Source of the DNA: Minisyncoccota bacterium
GTDB taxonomy: Bacteria; Patescibacteriota; Minisyncoccia; Phycocordibacterales; UBA2100
Reading direction: 5' to 3'
DNA: 59,845 bases
Assembly: GCA_035541295.1 (NCBI GenBank)
Contig: DATKNP010000004.1
Location: forward strand, 1-59,845
In this document: in pieces, positions 26,611 to 36,969 of the stretch
Layout: every line of letters begins with the position of its first letter
Position numbering within the stretch: the stretch's first letter is position 1
Notes under the pieces: model-generated
Seen by the model: only the letters and a program-made list of their open reading frames with translations
Told to the model about the DNA's origin: nothing
Database searches by the model: none
Translations under genes and position numbers: made by a program

Positions 26611-27231
26611 ATGGCTCAAGTGTCGAACAACCATTACCACTTCAAGCGATATGCAAATGTCGGCCGCTTTGCGAGCTACTATTACCAGCTTAGAGAGATC
26701 TTTGCGACGAACCCCACGTCTCTCCTTGAGATCGGTGCAGGCGACGGGGTCGTCGGAGACTACCTGCGTCGACAGAGAGGCATCACCTATACGAGTGTAG
26801 ATTATGCGCCGGACACGAAGCCCGACGTCGTCGCGGATGTGCGTGCATTACCTTTCGCGGCCGCTTCATTTGACGTGACATGTGCCTTTGAGGTCCTTGA
26901 GCACCTACCGTTTGATGATTTTGAAAAAAGTCTCTCCGAGCTTGCACGCGTCGCGCGCACCCATGTGCTCATCTCAGTACCGCATTTCGGTCCACCGGTG
27001 AAGTTTTGTCTCAAGATGCCATTCATTCCGGAAATTACGTTCGCGTTTAAGATCCCGTTTCCACGGACGCATGTCTTTAACGGCCAGCATTACTGGGAAA
27101 TCGGGAAAAAAGGATATCCATTGTCGCGTGTCCTCACCGTGATGAGGAAGTATGGCACCGTCACCAAACACTTCGTGCCGCTCGAGAACCAGTACCATCA
27201 CTTTTTCGTTATCGAAAAGAAGACCATATGA
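26611..27231 (+). CDS. Class I SAM-dependent methyltransferase
   Basis: Motif I LLEIGAGDGVVG. Post-I/II FDVTCAFEVLEHLP. Confidence 0.75.
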   Translation: MAQVSNNHYHFKRYANVGRFASYYYQLREIFATNPTSLLEIGAGDGVVGDYLRRQRGITYTSVDYAPDTKPDVVADVRALPFAAASFDVTCAFEVLEHLPFDDFEKSLSELARVARTHVLISVPHFGPPVKFCLKMPFIPEITFAFKIPFPRTHVFNGQHYWEIGKKGYPLSRVLTVMRKYGTVTKHFVPLENQYHHFFVIEKKTI

Positions 27232-27863
27232 ATACCCTTTCTATTTCGCGGAAAATTTATGGGGGACAAAGCCTTGCGCGCATTCTGATGAATAGGGGAT
27301 TTCGTGCATACGCGCTCCGTGGCCGTGTCGTCGATGTCGGTGGCGGGAGGGACCCGAATTACTTCGATTATTTCAACACGACAGCTATGACCTCAAAGGA
27401 GGCAATCGACGCATCATTGAGCGCGATCGATTTTGAGAACGACTCGCTTCCGTATAATGACGAGAGCGTCGATACGGTCGTATGCGCGAACGTGCTCGAA
27501 CATGTTTTCAACCACCGACACCTTATTGTTGAAATGCATCGCGTGCTCAAATCGACCGGTACGCTCGTCGGTTTCGTCCCGTTTCTCATCCAATACCATC
27601 CCGACCCTCATGATTATTTCCGCTATACCAAAGAAGCACTCGTGCGACTTTTCACGGACGCTGGACTCGTTGACGTGCGGGTAGAGACGATCGGTGGCGG
27701 TCCCTTTGCGGTCAATTTCAACAACATCATGCTTTCGATGCCACGTCAGATCGCTGCACTGTTTTTTTTCATCTACTGGCCACTCGACTGTGTTTTTCTA
27801 AAGCTTCGACCTGCCGCTCGCGGGCGCTATCCGCTCGGTTTTATTTTCTCTGCCAAGAAATGA
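27228..27863 (+). CDS. Class I SAM-dependent methyltransferase
   Basis: ATGA start/stop overlap with the previous gene. VVDVGGG and VVCANVLEHVFNHRHLIVEMHRVLKSTGTLV. Confidence 0.75.
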   Translation: MNTLSISRKIYGGQSLARILMNRGFRAYALRGRVVDVGGGRDPNYFDYFNTTAMTSKEAIDASLSAIDFENDSLPYNDESVDTVVCANVLEHVFNHRHLIVEMHRVLKSTGTLVGFVPFLIQYHPDPHDYFRYTKEALVRLFTDAGLVDVRVETIGGGPFAVNFNNIMLSMPRQIAALFFFIYWPLDCVFLKLRPAARGRYPLGFIFSAKK

Positions 27864-27870
27864 TATTTTT

Positions 27871-28995
27871 ATGAATCTGAAAATGTACTACGTGATCAAT
27901 GCACGCTTGCCCAACAAAAAAGCGTACGGGATCCAGGTGGCGAAAATGTGCGAAGCATTCATCGAAGCAGGCGTCGATCTCGAGCTGGTCATTCCGAGAA
28001 CGCATGCATCACAGTCCACTTCGATGCGGGATTTTTACCAGCTGCGCGTCGACGTGCCGACAACCATCCTGCCGACTGTCGATTGGTATGCTGGAGGCCG
28101 CATTGGCTATTATGTGAGTGCAAGTATCTTCGCGATTTCGTGTTTTTTTTATCTCATCATAGAGCGCATCAAAGGTAAGCGAGGTATTTTCTATTCCATT
28201 CCTGACACATTCTCGCTTGTCGCGGGTTTAGCGGCGGGAATGGATTGTTATTTGGAAATACATGAGATGCTCTTGCAGGCTCCGCTCTTGAAACTACTTC
28301 GCGTCGCGCACGGACTCATTGCGACGAATCCTATGATTGCCGAGTCATTACGTAAGATTTTGGGAGGACAGACGCACATCATTGTCGAACCAAATGCTGT
28401 CGATCTGGATCCTTTTGAACATGTGCCTTCAAAAGAAGAGTCCCGGCAGCAGGTGCACCTACCATCATCCGAACAAATCGTGCTTTATATAGGACGCTTC
28501 TATGCATGGAAAGGTCTCGGTATCCTTGTCGCAGCGGCAGCGCGTGCACCTTCGTTCGCCTGGTATGTCGTGGGAGGAACACGTGAGGAATTCATGCAGG
28601 TTACCGGTTCGCAAACAGTGCCGGCCAATCTGCACGTTGTCGGCGAGTGCACGCTTGATGAGGTACCGCTCTGGCAAGCTACCGCTGATGTACTCCTCAT
28701 TCTCGGTACCAAAGAAAACGAGCAATCGTACCGCAACACGACCCCGATGAAAGTGTATGAATATATGGCGTCGAACCGACCGATCGTTGCATCGCATACA
28801 CCGGCTTTGACGAGCGTGATGCAAGAGTCTGAAGTTACCTTTTATGAACCGGATGACGCACAAAACCTCGTCGATATGGTCACGAAAGTCTTTGAAAATG
28901 TATCGGACAGTCAAGCGAGAGTGACGCATGCATATCAAAGTGCGATGAAACATACTTGGACAAGACGAGTCGCGCGGATACTTTCCTTCATATGA
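27871..28995 (+). CDS. Glycosyltransferase family 4
   Basis: 374 aa. KKAYGIQVAKMCEAF N-terminus. C-terminal PMKVYEYMASNRPIVAS. Confidence 0.75.
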   Translation: MNLKMYYVINARLPNKKAYGIQVAKMCEAFIEAGVDLELVIPRTHASQSTSMRDFYQLRVDVPTTILPTVDWYAGGRIGYYVSASIFAISCFFYLIIERIKGKRGIFYSIPDTFSLVAGLAAGMDCYLEIHEMLLQAPLLKLLRVAHGLIATNPMIAESLRKILGGQTHIIVEPNAVDLDPFEHVPSKEESRQQVHLPSSEQIVLYIGRFYAWKGLGILVAAAARAPSFAWYVVGGTREEFMQVTGSQTVPANLHVVGECTLDEVPLWQATADVLLILGTKENEQSYRNTTPMKVYEYMASNRPIVASHTPALTSVMQESEVTFYEPDDAQNLVDMVTKVFENVSDSQARVTHAYQSAMKHTWTRRVARILSFI

Positions 28996-30059
28996 CCATT
29001 CACTTTTATACATTCAGCACTGAGATGAGTGGGACATCTCGCCAACGTGCGTTTCGCATCGCCGAAGAATTAGAATCACGTGGTTTCAAAACGGTGATCC
29101 ATCGGCCACCCGTACTGGCGATCTCAACGACGCGATGGCCGAAAAAATTCGTCCTCATCATACAGACAATCCGCTCACTTTTCTCCATCAAGAAAGATGA
29201 CTTCGTCTTTCTCCAGCGTGCCATCGCGAACAAGTATTTCTTTGTGATCATGGTTTGCTACCTCAAGATCTTTCGGCGAAAAATGATCTTCGATTTTGAC
29301 GATCCAGTTTACACACACAGTTTCACCAAAACAAAAGTGTTCACTCAAATGGCCGATGCCGTTATTGTGTGCACACATGGGCAGGCGCAGTGGGCCAAAC
29401 AATACAACCACAACGTTCATATCATCCACATCTCAATCGAATTTTCGGAATATGAAAAGTTCACGAAGGATTATTCGATCGAAACCAAGCCAAGTGTGAT
29501 CGGGTGGGTGGGCACAGGCACAGAACATCTGCGCAACCTCGAAATACTCGCATCGGTATTTAGAAAACTGCTCGCGACTTATACCACCGCATTTAGCTTC
29601 ACTCTCGTTGGTGCTCTTAAAGATCAACGTGTGTACAAACTCTTCCAAGACATCAAAGGACTTGAGGTAAAATTTATTGATTCGCTCGTGTGGAATGATC
29701 CGGAAAGTGTGCCGCGTGAAATTCAAAAGTTTGATATCGGTGTTCTACCACATCGGAGCGATGGCGAATGGAATCAGTCGAAGACGTCACTCAAGAATCT
29801 TCAGTACATGGCGTGCGCAGTGCCTGCAGTATGTAGCGCGTTCGGAGAAATGCCCTTCGTCTATAGCAATGGCGTGAACGGATATATTGTGAAAACCGAA
29901 GATGAGTGGATCGAGGTATTGACGAAACTACTTAAAGACAAAAGTCTTCGTGAGCGAATCGGCCGCGCAGGACAGCAATTAGTGCGCGAGCAGTATTCGT
30001 ATGATGCGATCATTCCGCGTATCATAGAGATCATACGAGGTGTCGAGCACGCGTTGTGA
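28992..30059 (+). CDS. Glycosyltransferase (GT-B, group 1)
   Basis: The start was moved to ATG 28992 (ATGA overlap with the previous stop). C-terminal KNLQYMACAVPAVCSAFGE...NGYIV. Confidence 0.7.
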   Translation: MTIHFYTFSTEMSGTSRQRAFRIAEELESRGFKTVIHRPPVLAISTTRWPKKFVLIIQTIRSLFSIKKDDFVFLQRAIANKYFFVIMVCYLKIFRRKMIFDFDDPVYTHSFTKTKVFTQMADAVIVCTHGQAQWAKQYNHNVHIIHISIEFSEYEKFTKDYSIETKPSVIGWVGTGTEHLRNLEILASVFRKLLATYTTAFSFTLVGALKDQRVYKLFQDIKGLEVKFIDSLVWNDPESVPREIQKFDIGVLPHRSDGEWNQSKTSLKNLQYMACAVPAVCSAFGEMPFVYSNGVNGYIVKTEDEWIEVLTKLLKDKSLRERIGRAGQQLVREQYSYDAIIPRIIEIIRGVEHAL

Positions 30060-30066
30060 AGAAAAA

Positions 30067-30089
30067 GCGTCCGCATAGCATGCGGACGC
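30067..30089. terminator. Bidirectional hairpin between convergent genes
   Basis: gcgtccgcat-agc-atgcggacgc, a perfect 10-bp stem preceded by an A-run. Confidence 0.5.
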
Positions 30090-30108
30090 CCGATCAAAAC
30101 TGGGATCA

Positions 30109-30636
30109 TCAAGAATGTTCCCTCAACCACGCCACCCCTCTGGGTATGATCTGTCGATGGAAACCGATAATGTTGGGAGGCAGATTTTCGGGGTCTGCAA
30201 GCACGGCACCGTCCGGTAATGTCCCACCGAGGAGTCTCAGAGCAAATATGAGACCCACTTCCTGTCCGCGCACACATTCCATTGGCCCATCGCCCATGGG
30301 CACATGGATTCGATCGACGAAGTAAGGTTCCGAAAATCTGACGTCTGTCCCGAGCTCCTTCCTTGCTCGTTTGATTGCGTCTTCTTCACCTTCCCCGCCT
30401 CGGAGAACCGTTCCAGGTCCATGTAGTTTGCCCGCGAATAGATCTTTCTCGGGGCGCGGAAGTAAAACAACCTGCCCTGTCTCTGTCAATACCACGAGCT
30501 CGATAGCGACCGATGGAGCTGCCTTCAGAAGGGCATTAAAGACTTCAAGCTGCATTGGCCACGTTACTTCAGCGAGTAGTTCAACGAGCCGCTCGCACTC
30601 CTCTGCGGTCAGAGCCATCCACAGTTTCCTTTCCAC
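30109..30636 (-). CDS. Hypothetical protein, possibly Nudix-fold with a degenerate Nudix box
   Basis: 175 aa. GGEGEEDAIKRARKELG only partly fits GX5EX7REUXEEXGU. The ORF-track start is a GTG. ATG 30618 is an alternative. Confidence 0.3.
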   Translation of the reverse strand: MERKLWMALTAEECERLVELLAEVTWPMQLEVFNALLKAAPSVAIELVVLTETGQVVLLPRPEKDLFAGKLHGPGTVLRGGEGEEDAIKRARKELGTDVRFSEPYFVDRIHVPMGDGPMECVRGQEVGLIFALRLLGGTLPDGAVLADPENLPPNIIGFHRQIIPRGVAWLREHS

Positions 30637-30722
30637 TAGGGATTATTCCCGAACTGGACGGTAGCATTATTTGAAACAAAAGTCAACATGGTCTTGCGGA
30701 CCCCTTCTGTTAATATGGCCTA

Positions 30723-31970
30723 ATGTCTAAGAAAAAAAGTCCCACAAAGTCTCATCCTATGCGCATTACGTATGCACTTGCGGTATACGGTCAGGAAGAA
30801 ATAGATGCGGTGGTCGAGGTGCTCAAGACACCCCTGCGAATCGGTCCCGGAGAGTGTGTCAAAGAATTCGAACGCGCTATCGCAAAACTATTCGGCAAAC
30901 CCCATGGCGTCATGGTCAATTCAGGTTCCTCCGCCAACCTGCTTGCTGTTGAAGCGCTCGAATTATCTCGTGGTTCAGAAGTCATCACGCCGGTGCTGAC
31001 GTTTTCGACGACCATCGCACCGCTCCTACAGCAGGGACTCAAACCCGTCTTTGTCGATGTGTTGCCTGGCACGTATGTAATTGACGCAGACAAGATCGAA
31101 GCTGCGATTACCAAAAAGACTCGAGCGCTGATGATCCCATCCTTGCTCGGCAATATTCCCGATCTTGAGAAAATCCAAAAGATCGCCAAGAAGCACAAAC
31201 TTTCCTTTATTGAAGATTCGTGCGATACCGTCGGCGCGACATTCGCCGGAAAGCCGACCGGACACTATTCCGACATTTCGACGACGAGCTTCTATGCATC
31301 GCACATCATCACTGCCGCAGGGTCCGGTGGAATGGTCTGTGTCCGCGATCCCAAAATGGCGCATCGGATTTTGGTCAAGAGCAGCTGGGGCAGGGATTCG
31401 ACACTCTTCGGTACCTATGAAAAGTCAGAGGACATTACGAAACGGTTCGCAGGGAGAATTGGTGAACAACCCTATGATGCGAAATTTGTGTTTTCTGAGA
31501 TCGGCTACAATCTTCAATCTGGCGAACTGAATGCAGCGTTTGGCCTTGAGCAATTGAAGCGATTGAAGACGTTCGCAGCCCGCCGACAAACCAACTTCAA
31601 ACTCCATTCACGCTTCTTCAAGCACTATGAGCAATTCTTTGTGCTCCCGATACAAGATCCTCGTGCCAAAACAAGCTGGCTCGCCTATCCTCTCACAATC
31701 CGTCCCGGCGCACCGTTCACTCGCATGGAGATCACGCGTTATCTTGAGGAGCATAATATACAAACACGTCCGATTTTCACGGGAAATATATTACGTCAAC
31801 CGGCCTTCAGCGAACTCTCGAAATCCGTTAAACGAGATCGTTTTCCTGTTGCTGATGATGTCATGAGAAATGGTTTTCTCATCGGCTGTCATCATGGTTT
31901 TGGAGATGTTGAGAGGGAATATCTGGAGGAGTCCGTCTTATCAGACTTTTTGAGGCCCTATGTCTCCTAA
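30723..31970 (+). CDS. DegT/DnrJ/EryC1-family PLP/PMP enzyme of the RfbH(E1)/ColD type (NDP-4-keto-6-deoxyhexose 3-dehydratase-like)
   Basis: 415 aa. The active-site block SFYASHIITAAGSGGMV has His where aminotransferases of the family have the Schiff-base Lys (SFhxxKxxT). Confidence 0.65.
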   Translation: MSKKKSPTKSHPMRITYALAVYGQEEIDAVVEVLKTPLRIGPGECVKEFERAIAKLFGKPHGVMVNSGSSANLLAVEALELSRGSEVITPVLTFSTTIAPLLQQGLKPVFVDVLPGTYVIDADKIEAAITKKTRALMIPSLLGNIPDLEKIQKIAKKHKLSFIEDSCDTVGATFAGKPTGHYSDISTTSFYASHIITAAGSGGMVCVRDPKMAHRILVKSSWGRDSTLFGTYEKSEDITKRFAGRIGEQPYDAKFVFSEIGYNLQSGELNAAFGLEQLKRLKTFAARRQTNFKLHSRFFKHYEQFFVLPIQDPRAKTSWLAYPLTIRPGAPFTRMEITRYLEEHNIQTRPIFTGNILRQPAFSELSKSVKRDRFPVADDVMRNGFLIGCHHGFGDVEREYLEESVLSDFLRPYVS

Positions 31971-33012
31971 GATTAGACCTCATACCGTACTCATAACCGG
32001 CGGAGCAGGGTTTATCGGTTCCCGTTTGATCCGACGATTCTTCCTAAAATATCCAGATGTACACGTGATTTGCCTCGATGCACTCACGTATGCCGGTAAT
32101 CGCAAGAATCTTGCGGATATACCAAAGGCATCGCGACTAATCTTCGTGAAAGGTGATATTACTGATGCTCCGCTCGTGCGTCGTGTATACAAGAAATATC
32201 GTCCCGACCTAGTGATCAACTGTGCCGCCGAAACACATGTGGATCGGAGCATCCATGGCGCAGCCGATGCCTTTGTACGAACCAATGTGCTCGGTACGAC
32301 AGTTCTGTTGCGAGCACTTCTCGATGCGCCATTTGTGAAGAAGTATGTGCAAGTGTCGACCGACGAAGTGTATGGTAGCTTGACGCTCGCATCCAAAAAA
32401 GCATTTACCGAATCGAGCCCGCTCGCTCCGAATTCTCCCTATGCTGGAAGCAAGGCTGCAGGAGATCTCTTAGCACGCTCGTTCTTCAAAACGTACGGAT
32501 TGCCCATTGTCATCACGCGTTGTTCCAATAATTATGGACCGTATCAATATCCAGAAAAGTTCATACCATTTTCTATTTTTCGGCTCATGCAAAGTAAACC
32601 GCTTACGCTCTATGGTGACGGCAACTACATCCGTGACTGGATCCACGTAAACGACCATGCAGATGCACTCATTCTTGCGTCCGGTAGTGGCGTGCCCGGT
32701 GAAATATATAACATTGGTGCATCAGATGAAGTGAGCAACCTCGACCTCGCGCGCAGCATCCTTACATATTTTGGCAAAGATGAATCGATGCTTTCGTTCG
32801 TTGCCGACCGTCTCGGGCACGATCGTCGGTATGCAATCGACTCGAATAAAATTCGCCATGACTTAGGTTGGAAACCCTCGCATTCATTCAGGAAATCCTT
32901 GCCAGAGACGATTGGATGGTATGTCGACAACCAGCGATGGGTCGATGATGCACTTAAGCGTAATGGCTTAGCAAACCAACATATCGTTAGCGAAGATAAA
33001 GATGCGGTATAG
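31960..33012 (+). CDS. rfbB: dTDP-glucose 4,6-dehydratase
   Basis: VLITGGAGFIGS, LDALTYAGNRKNL, STDEVYG and YAGSKAAGDLL motifs. Confidence 0.9.
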   Translation: MSPKIRPHTVLITGGAGFIGSRLIRRFFLKYPDVHVICLDALTYAGNRKNLADIPKASRLIFVKGDITDAPLVRRVYKKYRPDLVINCAAETHVDRSIHGAADAFVRTNVLGTTVLLRALLDAPFVKKYVQVSTDEVYGSLTLASKKAFTESSPLAPNSPYAGSKAAGDLLARSFFKTYGLPIVITRCSNNYGPYQYPEKFIPFSIFRLMQSKPLTLYGDGNYIRDWIHVNDHADALILASGSGVPGEIYNIGASDEVSNLDLARSILTYFGKDESMLSFVADRLGHDRRYAIDSNKIRHDLGWKPSHSFRKSLPETIGWYVDNQRWVDDALKRNGLANQHIVSEDKDAV

Positions 33013-33019
33013 TGATGGT

Positions 33020-33742
33020 ATGAAAGGAGTCATTCTCGCTGGGGGATTGGGGACGCGGCTTCATCCGCTGACCAAGATAACCAACAAACATCTTTTGCCG
33101 GTCTACGACAGACCAATGATCCTCTATCCGTTGGATACCCTGAAACGCTCTGGGATTGAGGAGATAATGATCGTCTGTGGACGCGAGCACGCCGGTCACT
33201 TTATGCAATTTCTCGGTTCTGGTAAAGAATATGGGGTGAAGCTCTCGTATGCCCTTCAAGATACAAATAACGGTGGCATCGCCGATGCGCTCTCATATGC
33301 GGAGGATTTTGCAGATAATTCGCCGATCGCGGTCATTCTCGGCGACAATCTTTTCGAAGACGATTTTCATGAGGTGGTCGCAAATTTCAAAGGAGGAGCA
33401 ACTGCCTTCTTCAAGAAGGTCGAAGATCCGAGACGATTTGGCGTACCAACCTTTTCTAAGGATGGTAAAACAGTCATTCGTATAGATGAGAAACCTCAGA
33501 ATCCCGCTTCCAATTTCGCACAGACGGGGTTTTATCTCGTTGATGCGAAAATATTTTCGTACATCAAAACTTTGAAACCATCAGGACGTGGGGAACTTGA
33601 GATGACTGATGCAATAAACAAATATGTAAGGGAAGGCGAGCTTTTGTTCGGATATGTGCAGGGAGCGTGGCTTGATGCGGGCACAATCGACTCGCTCTTC
33701 ATGGCCGCTGCATCCATGCGGGAAAAATTAAAGAAGCAATAG
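33020..33742 (+). CDS. rfbA: Glucose-1-phosphate thymidylyltransferase-like sugar nucleotidyltransferase (short form)
   Basis: The start was moved to ATG 33020. MKGVILAGGLGTRLHPLTKITNKHLLPVYDRPMI. Confidence 0.8.
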   Translation: MKGVILAGGLGTRLHPLTKITNKHLLPVYDRPMILYPLDTLKRSGIEEIMIVCGREHAGHFMQFLGSGKEYGVKLSYALQDTNNGGIADALSYAEDFADNSPIAVILGDNLFEDDFHEVVANFKGGATAFFKKVEDPRRFGVPTFSKDGKTVIRIDEKPQNPASNFAQTGFYLVDAKIFSYIKTLKPSGRGELEMTDAINKYVREGELLFGYVQGAWLDAGTIDSLFMAAASMREKLKKQ

Positions 33743-33745
33743 TAT

Positions 33746-34294
33746 ATGGCTGATACAGCACTCTTTACAGCGGAAGCACTCGGACTTCCGGGAGTACTCA
33801 AGATCACACCGAGGGTATTCAATGATGAGCGCGGGCTTTCGTCGACAACCTATGCACCGGAGCAGTTTGCGGCAATTGGCATAACCGAACAATTTGTTCA
33901 GGATTATTTCTCACATTCACACAAACATGTCATACGCGGGATGCATTTCCAGCGTGCGCCATATGCACAGGGCAAGTTGGTTCGTTGTGCTTCGGGCGAA
34001 ATCTTCGACGTGGCTGCAGATTGTGATCCCGCATCACCTACCTATGGCACGTATGTATCAACGACGCTTAGCGCAGACGCACAAACGATGCTCTATATAC
34101 CAGGTCGCTACGCGCATGGATTTTGTGTATTGAGCGATCAGGCGGTTGTCGAGTATAAAATGAGTAGCATATATGAGCCCAATTATGCAGGTGGGGTGCG
34201 CTTTGATGATCCTAGACTTGGCATCGAATGGCCGATCTCCAGCCCAATCCTTTCTCCGAGAGATGCATCGTGGCCGTTGCTGCCACATACCTAG
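33746..34294 (+). CDS. rfbC: dTDP-4-dehydrorhamnose 3,5-epimerase
   Basis: DERGLSSTTY..., RGMHFQ, QGKLVRCASGEIFDVAAD, and HGFCVLSD cupin motifs. Confidence 0.9.
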   Translation: MADTALFTAEALGLPGVLKITPRVFNDERGLSSTTYAPEQFAAIGITEQFVQDYFSHSHKHVIRGMHFQRAPYAQGKLVRCASGEIFDVAADCDPASPTYGTYVSTTLSADAQTMLYIPGRYAHGFCVLSDQAVVEYKMSSIYEPNYAGGVRFDDPRLGIEWPISSPILSPRDASWPLLPHT

Positions 34295-34297
34295 TCT

Positions 34298-35146
34298 ATG
34301 GACATATTTCAAGAGACGCTAACGACAGGAGCGAACGGGATGGTCGGGAGCTATGTCGATTTTGGTATCCGTACTGATCATAGGTCGCTTGATGTGACGG
34401 ATCTCTCGATGGTTCGCGCCGTGTGTCGAGAACATAAGCCAAAAGTCATCATTCACCTTGCCGCAGCGACTGACCTCGCACGTTGCGAACGCGAACCTGA
34501 TTATGCCTATCGCGTCAATGCGGTCGGTACGTACCATATGGCGCTCGTCGCGCGCGAGATCGGCGCGAAACTCGTTTATGTATCCACATCAAGCGTATTT
34601 GATGGCACGAAGAAGAGCCCGTATCTAGAACGTGATATACCGAATCCCATAAACACCTATGGACACTCAAAATATCTCGCCGAACTCGCCGTGCAGGGAA
34701 TGCTTGAGGATTACCTCATTGTACGTGCGACGTGGATATTCGGTGGCGGGCCGGATAATGATAAGAAATTTGTCGGGAAAATCCTCAAACAACTCAACCA
34801 ACCAACTATCAATGTTGTTGTCCATAAACGTGGTTCGCCGACGTACGGTAAGGATATGATGCAAGGCATTAAACGTCTTATTGTAGAAGAAAAACGTGGC
34901 GTTTTCCACATGCCCAATCTAGGTTCTGCGACACGCGCCGACATTGTGCGAGAAATACTCTCCATTACTAGATCGTCGGCTACGATCAAGGAGACAGATG
35001 AGTCAATATTCGCCGTAGCATATCAGACGGGTGAGAACGATAGTCTTGCTTCGGAAACAACCTTCTTCATGCGTCCGTGGCAAGATGCACTGTGTGAATA
35101 CGTAGAGACCGAATGGGACGAATATGTTAGAAATTCTGCCACGTAA
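34298..35146 (+). CDS. rfbD: dTDP-4-dehydrorhamnose reductase
   Basis: GANGMVGSY, HLAAATD, YGHSKYLAE and VRATWIFG motifs. Gene order is rfbB-A-C-D. Confidence 0.8.
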   Translation: MDIFQETLTTGANGMVGSYVDFGIRTDHRSLDVTDLSMVRAVCREHKPKVIIHLAAATDLARCEREPDYAYRVNAVGTYHMALVAREIGAKLVYVSTSSVFDGTKKSPYLERDIPNPINTYGHSKYLAELAVQGMLEDYLIVRATWIFGGGPDNDKKFVGKILKQLNQPTINVVVHKRGSPTYGKDMMQGIKRLIVEEKRGVFHMPNLGSATRADIVREILSITRSSATIKETDESIFAVAYQTGENDSLASETTFFMRPWQDALCEYVETEWDEYVRNSAT

Positions 35147-35210
35147 ACACTGCCCTGCCGAACCCAGAATAACCACTAGGAGCTTGCTATTTTAGAACAC
35201 GCTTTGTATT

Positions 35211-36053
35211 ATGGTTCATATGTCGGAGCGCCATGAAGGAATAATACGGCGCACTGCGCGAAAAGTCGTCTATAAAATTCCAGGAGCGAAAGCGCTCTGG
35301 CAGCGGTGGATATTCGGCAAGAAAGGCGTCCATCAATTCGAGGGCTGGGGGATGACCACAGAGGCCGTCCCTCCTTGGCGCAATCCTAGAGATGACACCG
35401 CAAGAGATTTTCTCCAAGTTCATGAGGCACTTGTCAAAGAAGTCCTTGCGGGTCGCTTCCGCCTTGCGCAATTCGATGCAGTCAATGATAAAGAGGCCTT
35501 ATTGTATAGCTTGATGTGGAGACATTATATTGTTTTTTGGTCGGCGCGTTATGCACAGACGGCCATGGGTAATACGCTCGCCGAATGTGGCGTCTGTGAC
35601 GGCCTCACTGTGTACTTTGCCATGAAGGCGCTCGGCAAAGACCATAAGGCATTTCTCTATGATGCATGGGAGGGAATGGACGCACAGCACCTGCTTGAGA
35701 ATGAACATAAACATCTCGGTGATTATGCATATCTCGACATAGAAGACACTAAGAAGAATCTCTCAACATTCAATACGATCTTTATCAAGGGTTTTATTCC
35801 AGAATCATTTGCAGGTGCAGAAAAGCCCACCGGTGTGGTGTGGTTACATATAGATCTCAATGCGTCGTTACCAACGACCGATAGCCTCCGCTATTTATTT
35901 GACCAGATACCCGCAGGGGGAGTCGTGCTTTTTGATGATTATGCCGGTCAAGCATATACCGACACAAAGAAAGCGGTCGACACCTTCTTCTCAAATAAAA
36001 AAGGTATCCTCTTACCATTGCCAACGGGACAGGCGATTTTCTTTAAACGATAG
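35211..36053 (+). CDS. TylF/macrocin-O-methyltransferase-family SAM methyltransferase
   Basis: AECGVCDGLTVYFAMKAL, DAWEGM and WLHIDLNASLPTTDSLRYLFDQIPAGGVVLFDDY motifs. Confidence 0.7.
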   Translation: MVHMSERHEGIIRRTARKVVYKIPGAKALWQRWIFGKKGVHQFEGWGMTTEAVPPWRNPRDDTARDFLQVHEALVKEVLAGRFRLAQFDAVNDKEALLYSLMWRHYIVFWSARYAQTAMGNTLAECGVCDGLTVYFAMKALGKDHKAFLYDAWEGMDAQHLLENEHKHLGDYAYLDIEDTKKNLSTFNTIFIKGFIPESFAGAEKPTGVVWLHIDLNASLPTTDSLRYLFDQIPAGGVVLFDDYAGQAYTDTKKAVDTFFSNKKGILLPLPTGQAIFFKR

Positions 36054-36075
36054 GTTCGATAGGAGGCACGATGAC

Positions 36076-36960
36076 ATGAAAAAGACCCCCGACGTCTCTA
36101 TAGTCGTGTTGAACTATAATACATCCGATCTTTTAGATGCTGCTCTCGAGTCGATACAATCGACCGTGGATTCACTATCGGTTAGTGTTGTGGTTATTGA
36201 TAACGCATCAACCGATGGAGGGATCTCAGCCTCCACTAAAAAGTTTGTTCAGGATTCGCGTTTCGATTTCATTCAGAATGAGAAAAATGTCGGTCTAGCG
36301 GCAATGAACATTATGCTGTCAGAAACGAAGGGTAAATATATTCTCACGATGGATCCTGACGCACGTCTGCTCTCCGGCGCTCTCCGAGCATTGATAAATT
36401 TTCTGGAAGCTACTCCCGAGGCGGGTGCCGCGACAGCAAATCTCTTAAATGCCGATGGAACAGAACAACGATATTTCCGTCGCCTTATAACACCGTCCTT
36501 AGGATTTTTTACGACGGTCATGGGTCGATTCATAGACAAATATTTTCTTGGACTGCGGCAATTTAAGAAATATCATTATGAGGACGCGGACCTCACAAAG
36601 ATTGTTGAGATCGAACAACCCTCGGTCTCGTGTCTATTGATTCGTCGGGCAGTAATCGGCGAGTATATCATTGATCCTGACACACCGTTTTATTTCACTG
36701 ATGTCGGATTGTGCAAGCGCATTTATAACCAAGGTTATAAGATATATTTGGTGCCTGACGCTAAGGTTATCCATCTAAAGTCGACATCTTTCAAAAAGAC
36801 TAGGAATGCATGGCGAACACAAGAGTACTATAGGAGTCTCATGATGTATTTCAAAAAGGAATATCCGAACTATGCTCCAACCATGTGGTTCATCCTATGG
36901 GGAGACCGTCTTTTACGAGATCTTATGCTTTCTATTATGGATCGTGAACCTATGCGCTAA
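36076..36960 (+). CDS. Glycosyltransferase family 2
   Basis: The start was moved to ATG 36076, 9 nt after AGGAGG (36061-36066). VSIVVLNYNTSD, DNASTDG and MDPD (DXD-like) motifs. Confidence 0.8.
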   Translation: MKKTPDVSIVVLNYNTSDLLDAALESIQSTVDSLSVSVVVIDNASTDGGISASTKKFVQDSRFDFIQNEKNVGLAAMNIMLSETKGKYILTMDPDARLLSGALRALINFLEATPEAGAATANLLNADGTEQRYFRRLITPSLGFFTTVMGRFIDKYFLGLRQFKKYHYEDADLTKIVEIEQPSVSCLLIRRAVIGEYIIDPDTPFYFTDVGLCKRIYNQGYKIYLVPDAKVIHLKSTSFKKTRNAWRTQEYYRSLMMYFKKEYPNYAPTMWFILWGDRLLRDLMLSIMDREPMR

Positions 36961-36969
36961 TGAAACCCT

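Noticed and set aside
27762-28150. T8 homopolymers (27762-27769, 28143-28150) and the A8 tract at the 5' end of the CMP-nonulosonate synthetase gene (42549-42556), considered as phase-variation switches
   Set aside because: The tracts are short. They simply encode Phe-Phe or Lys-Lys-Lys in an A/T-tolerant genome, and there is no evidence of length polymorphism from a single sequence.
33737-33748. The recurrent string TAGTATATG (also at 38194-38205 and ~5574-5586), considered as a promoter or RBS motif
   Set aside because: In two of the three cases it is simply stop codon TAG + TAT + start ATG of tightly coupled operon genes. It is not an independent signal.
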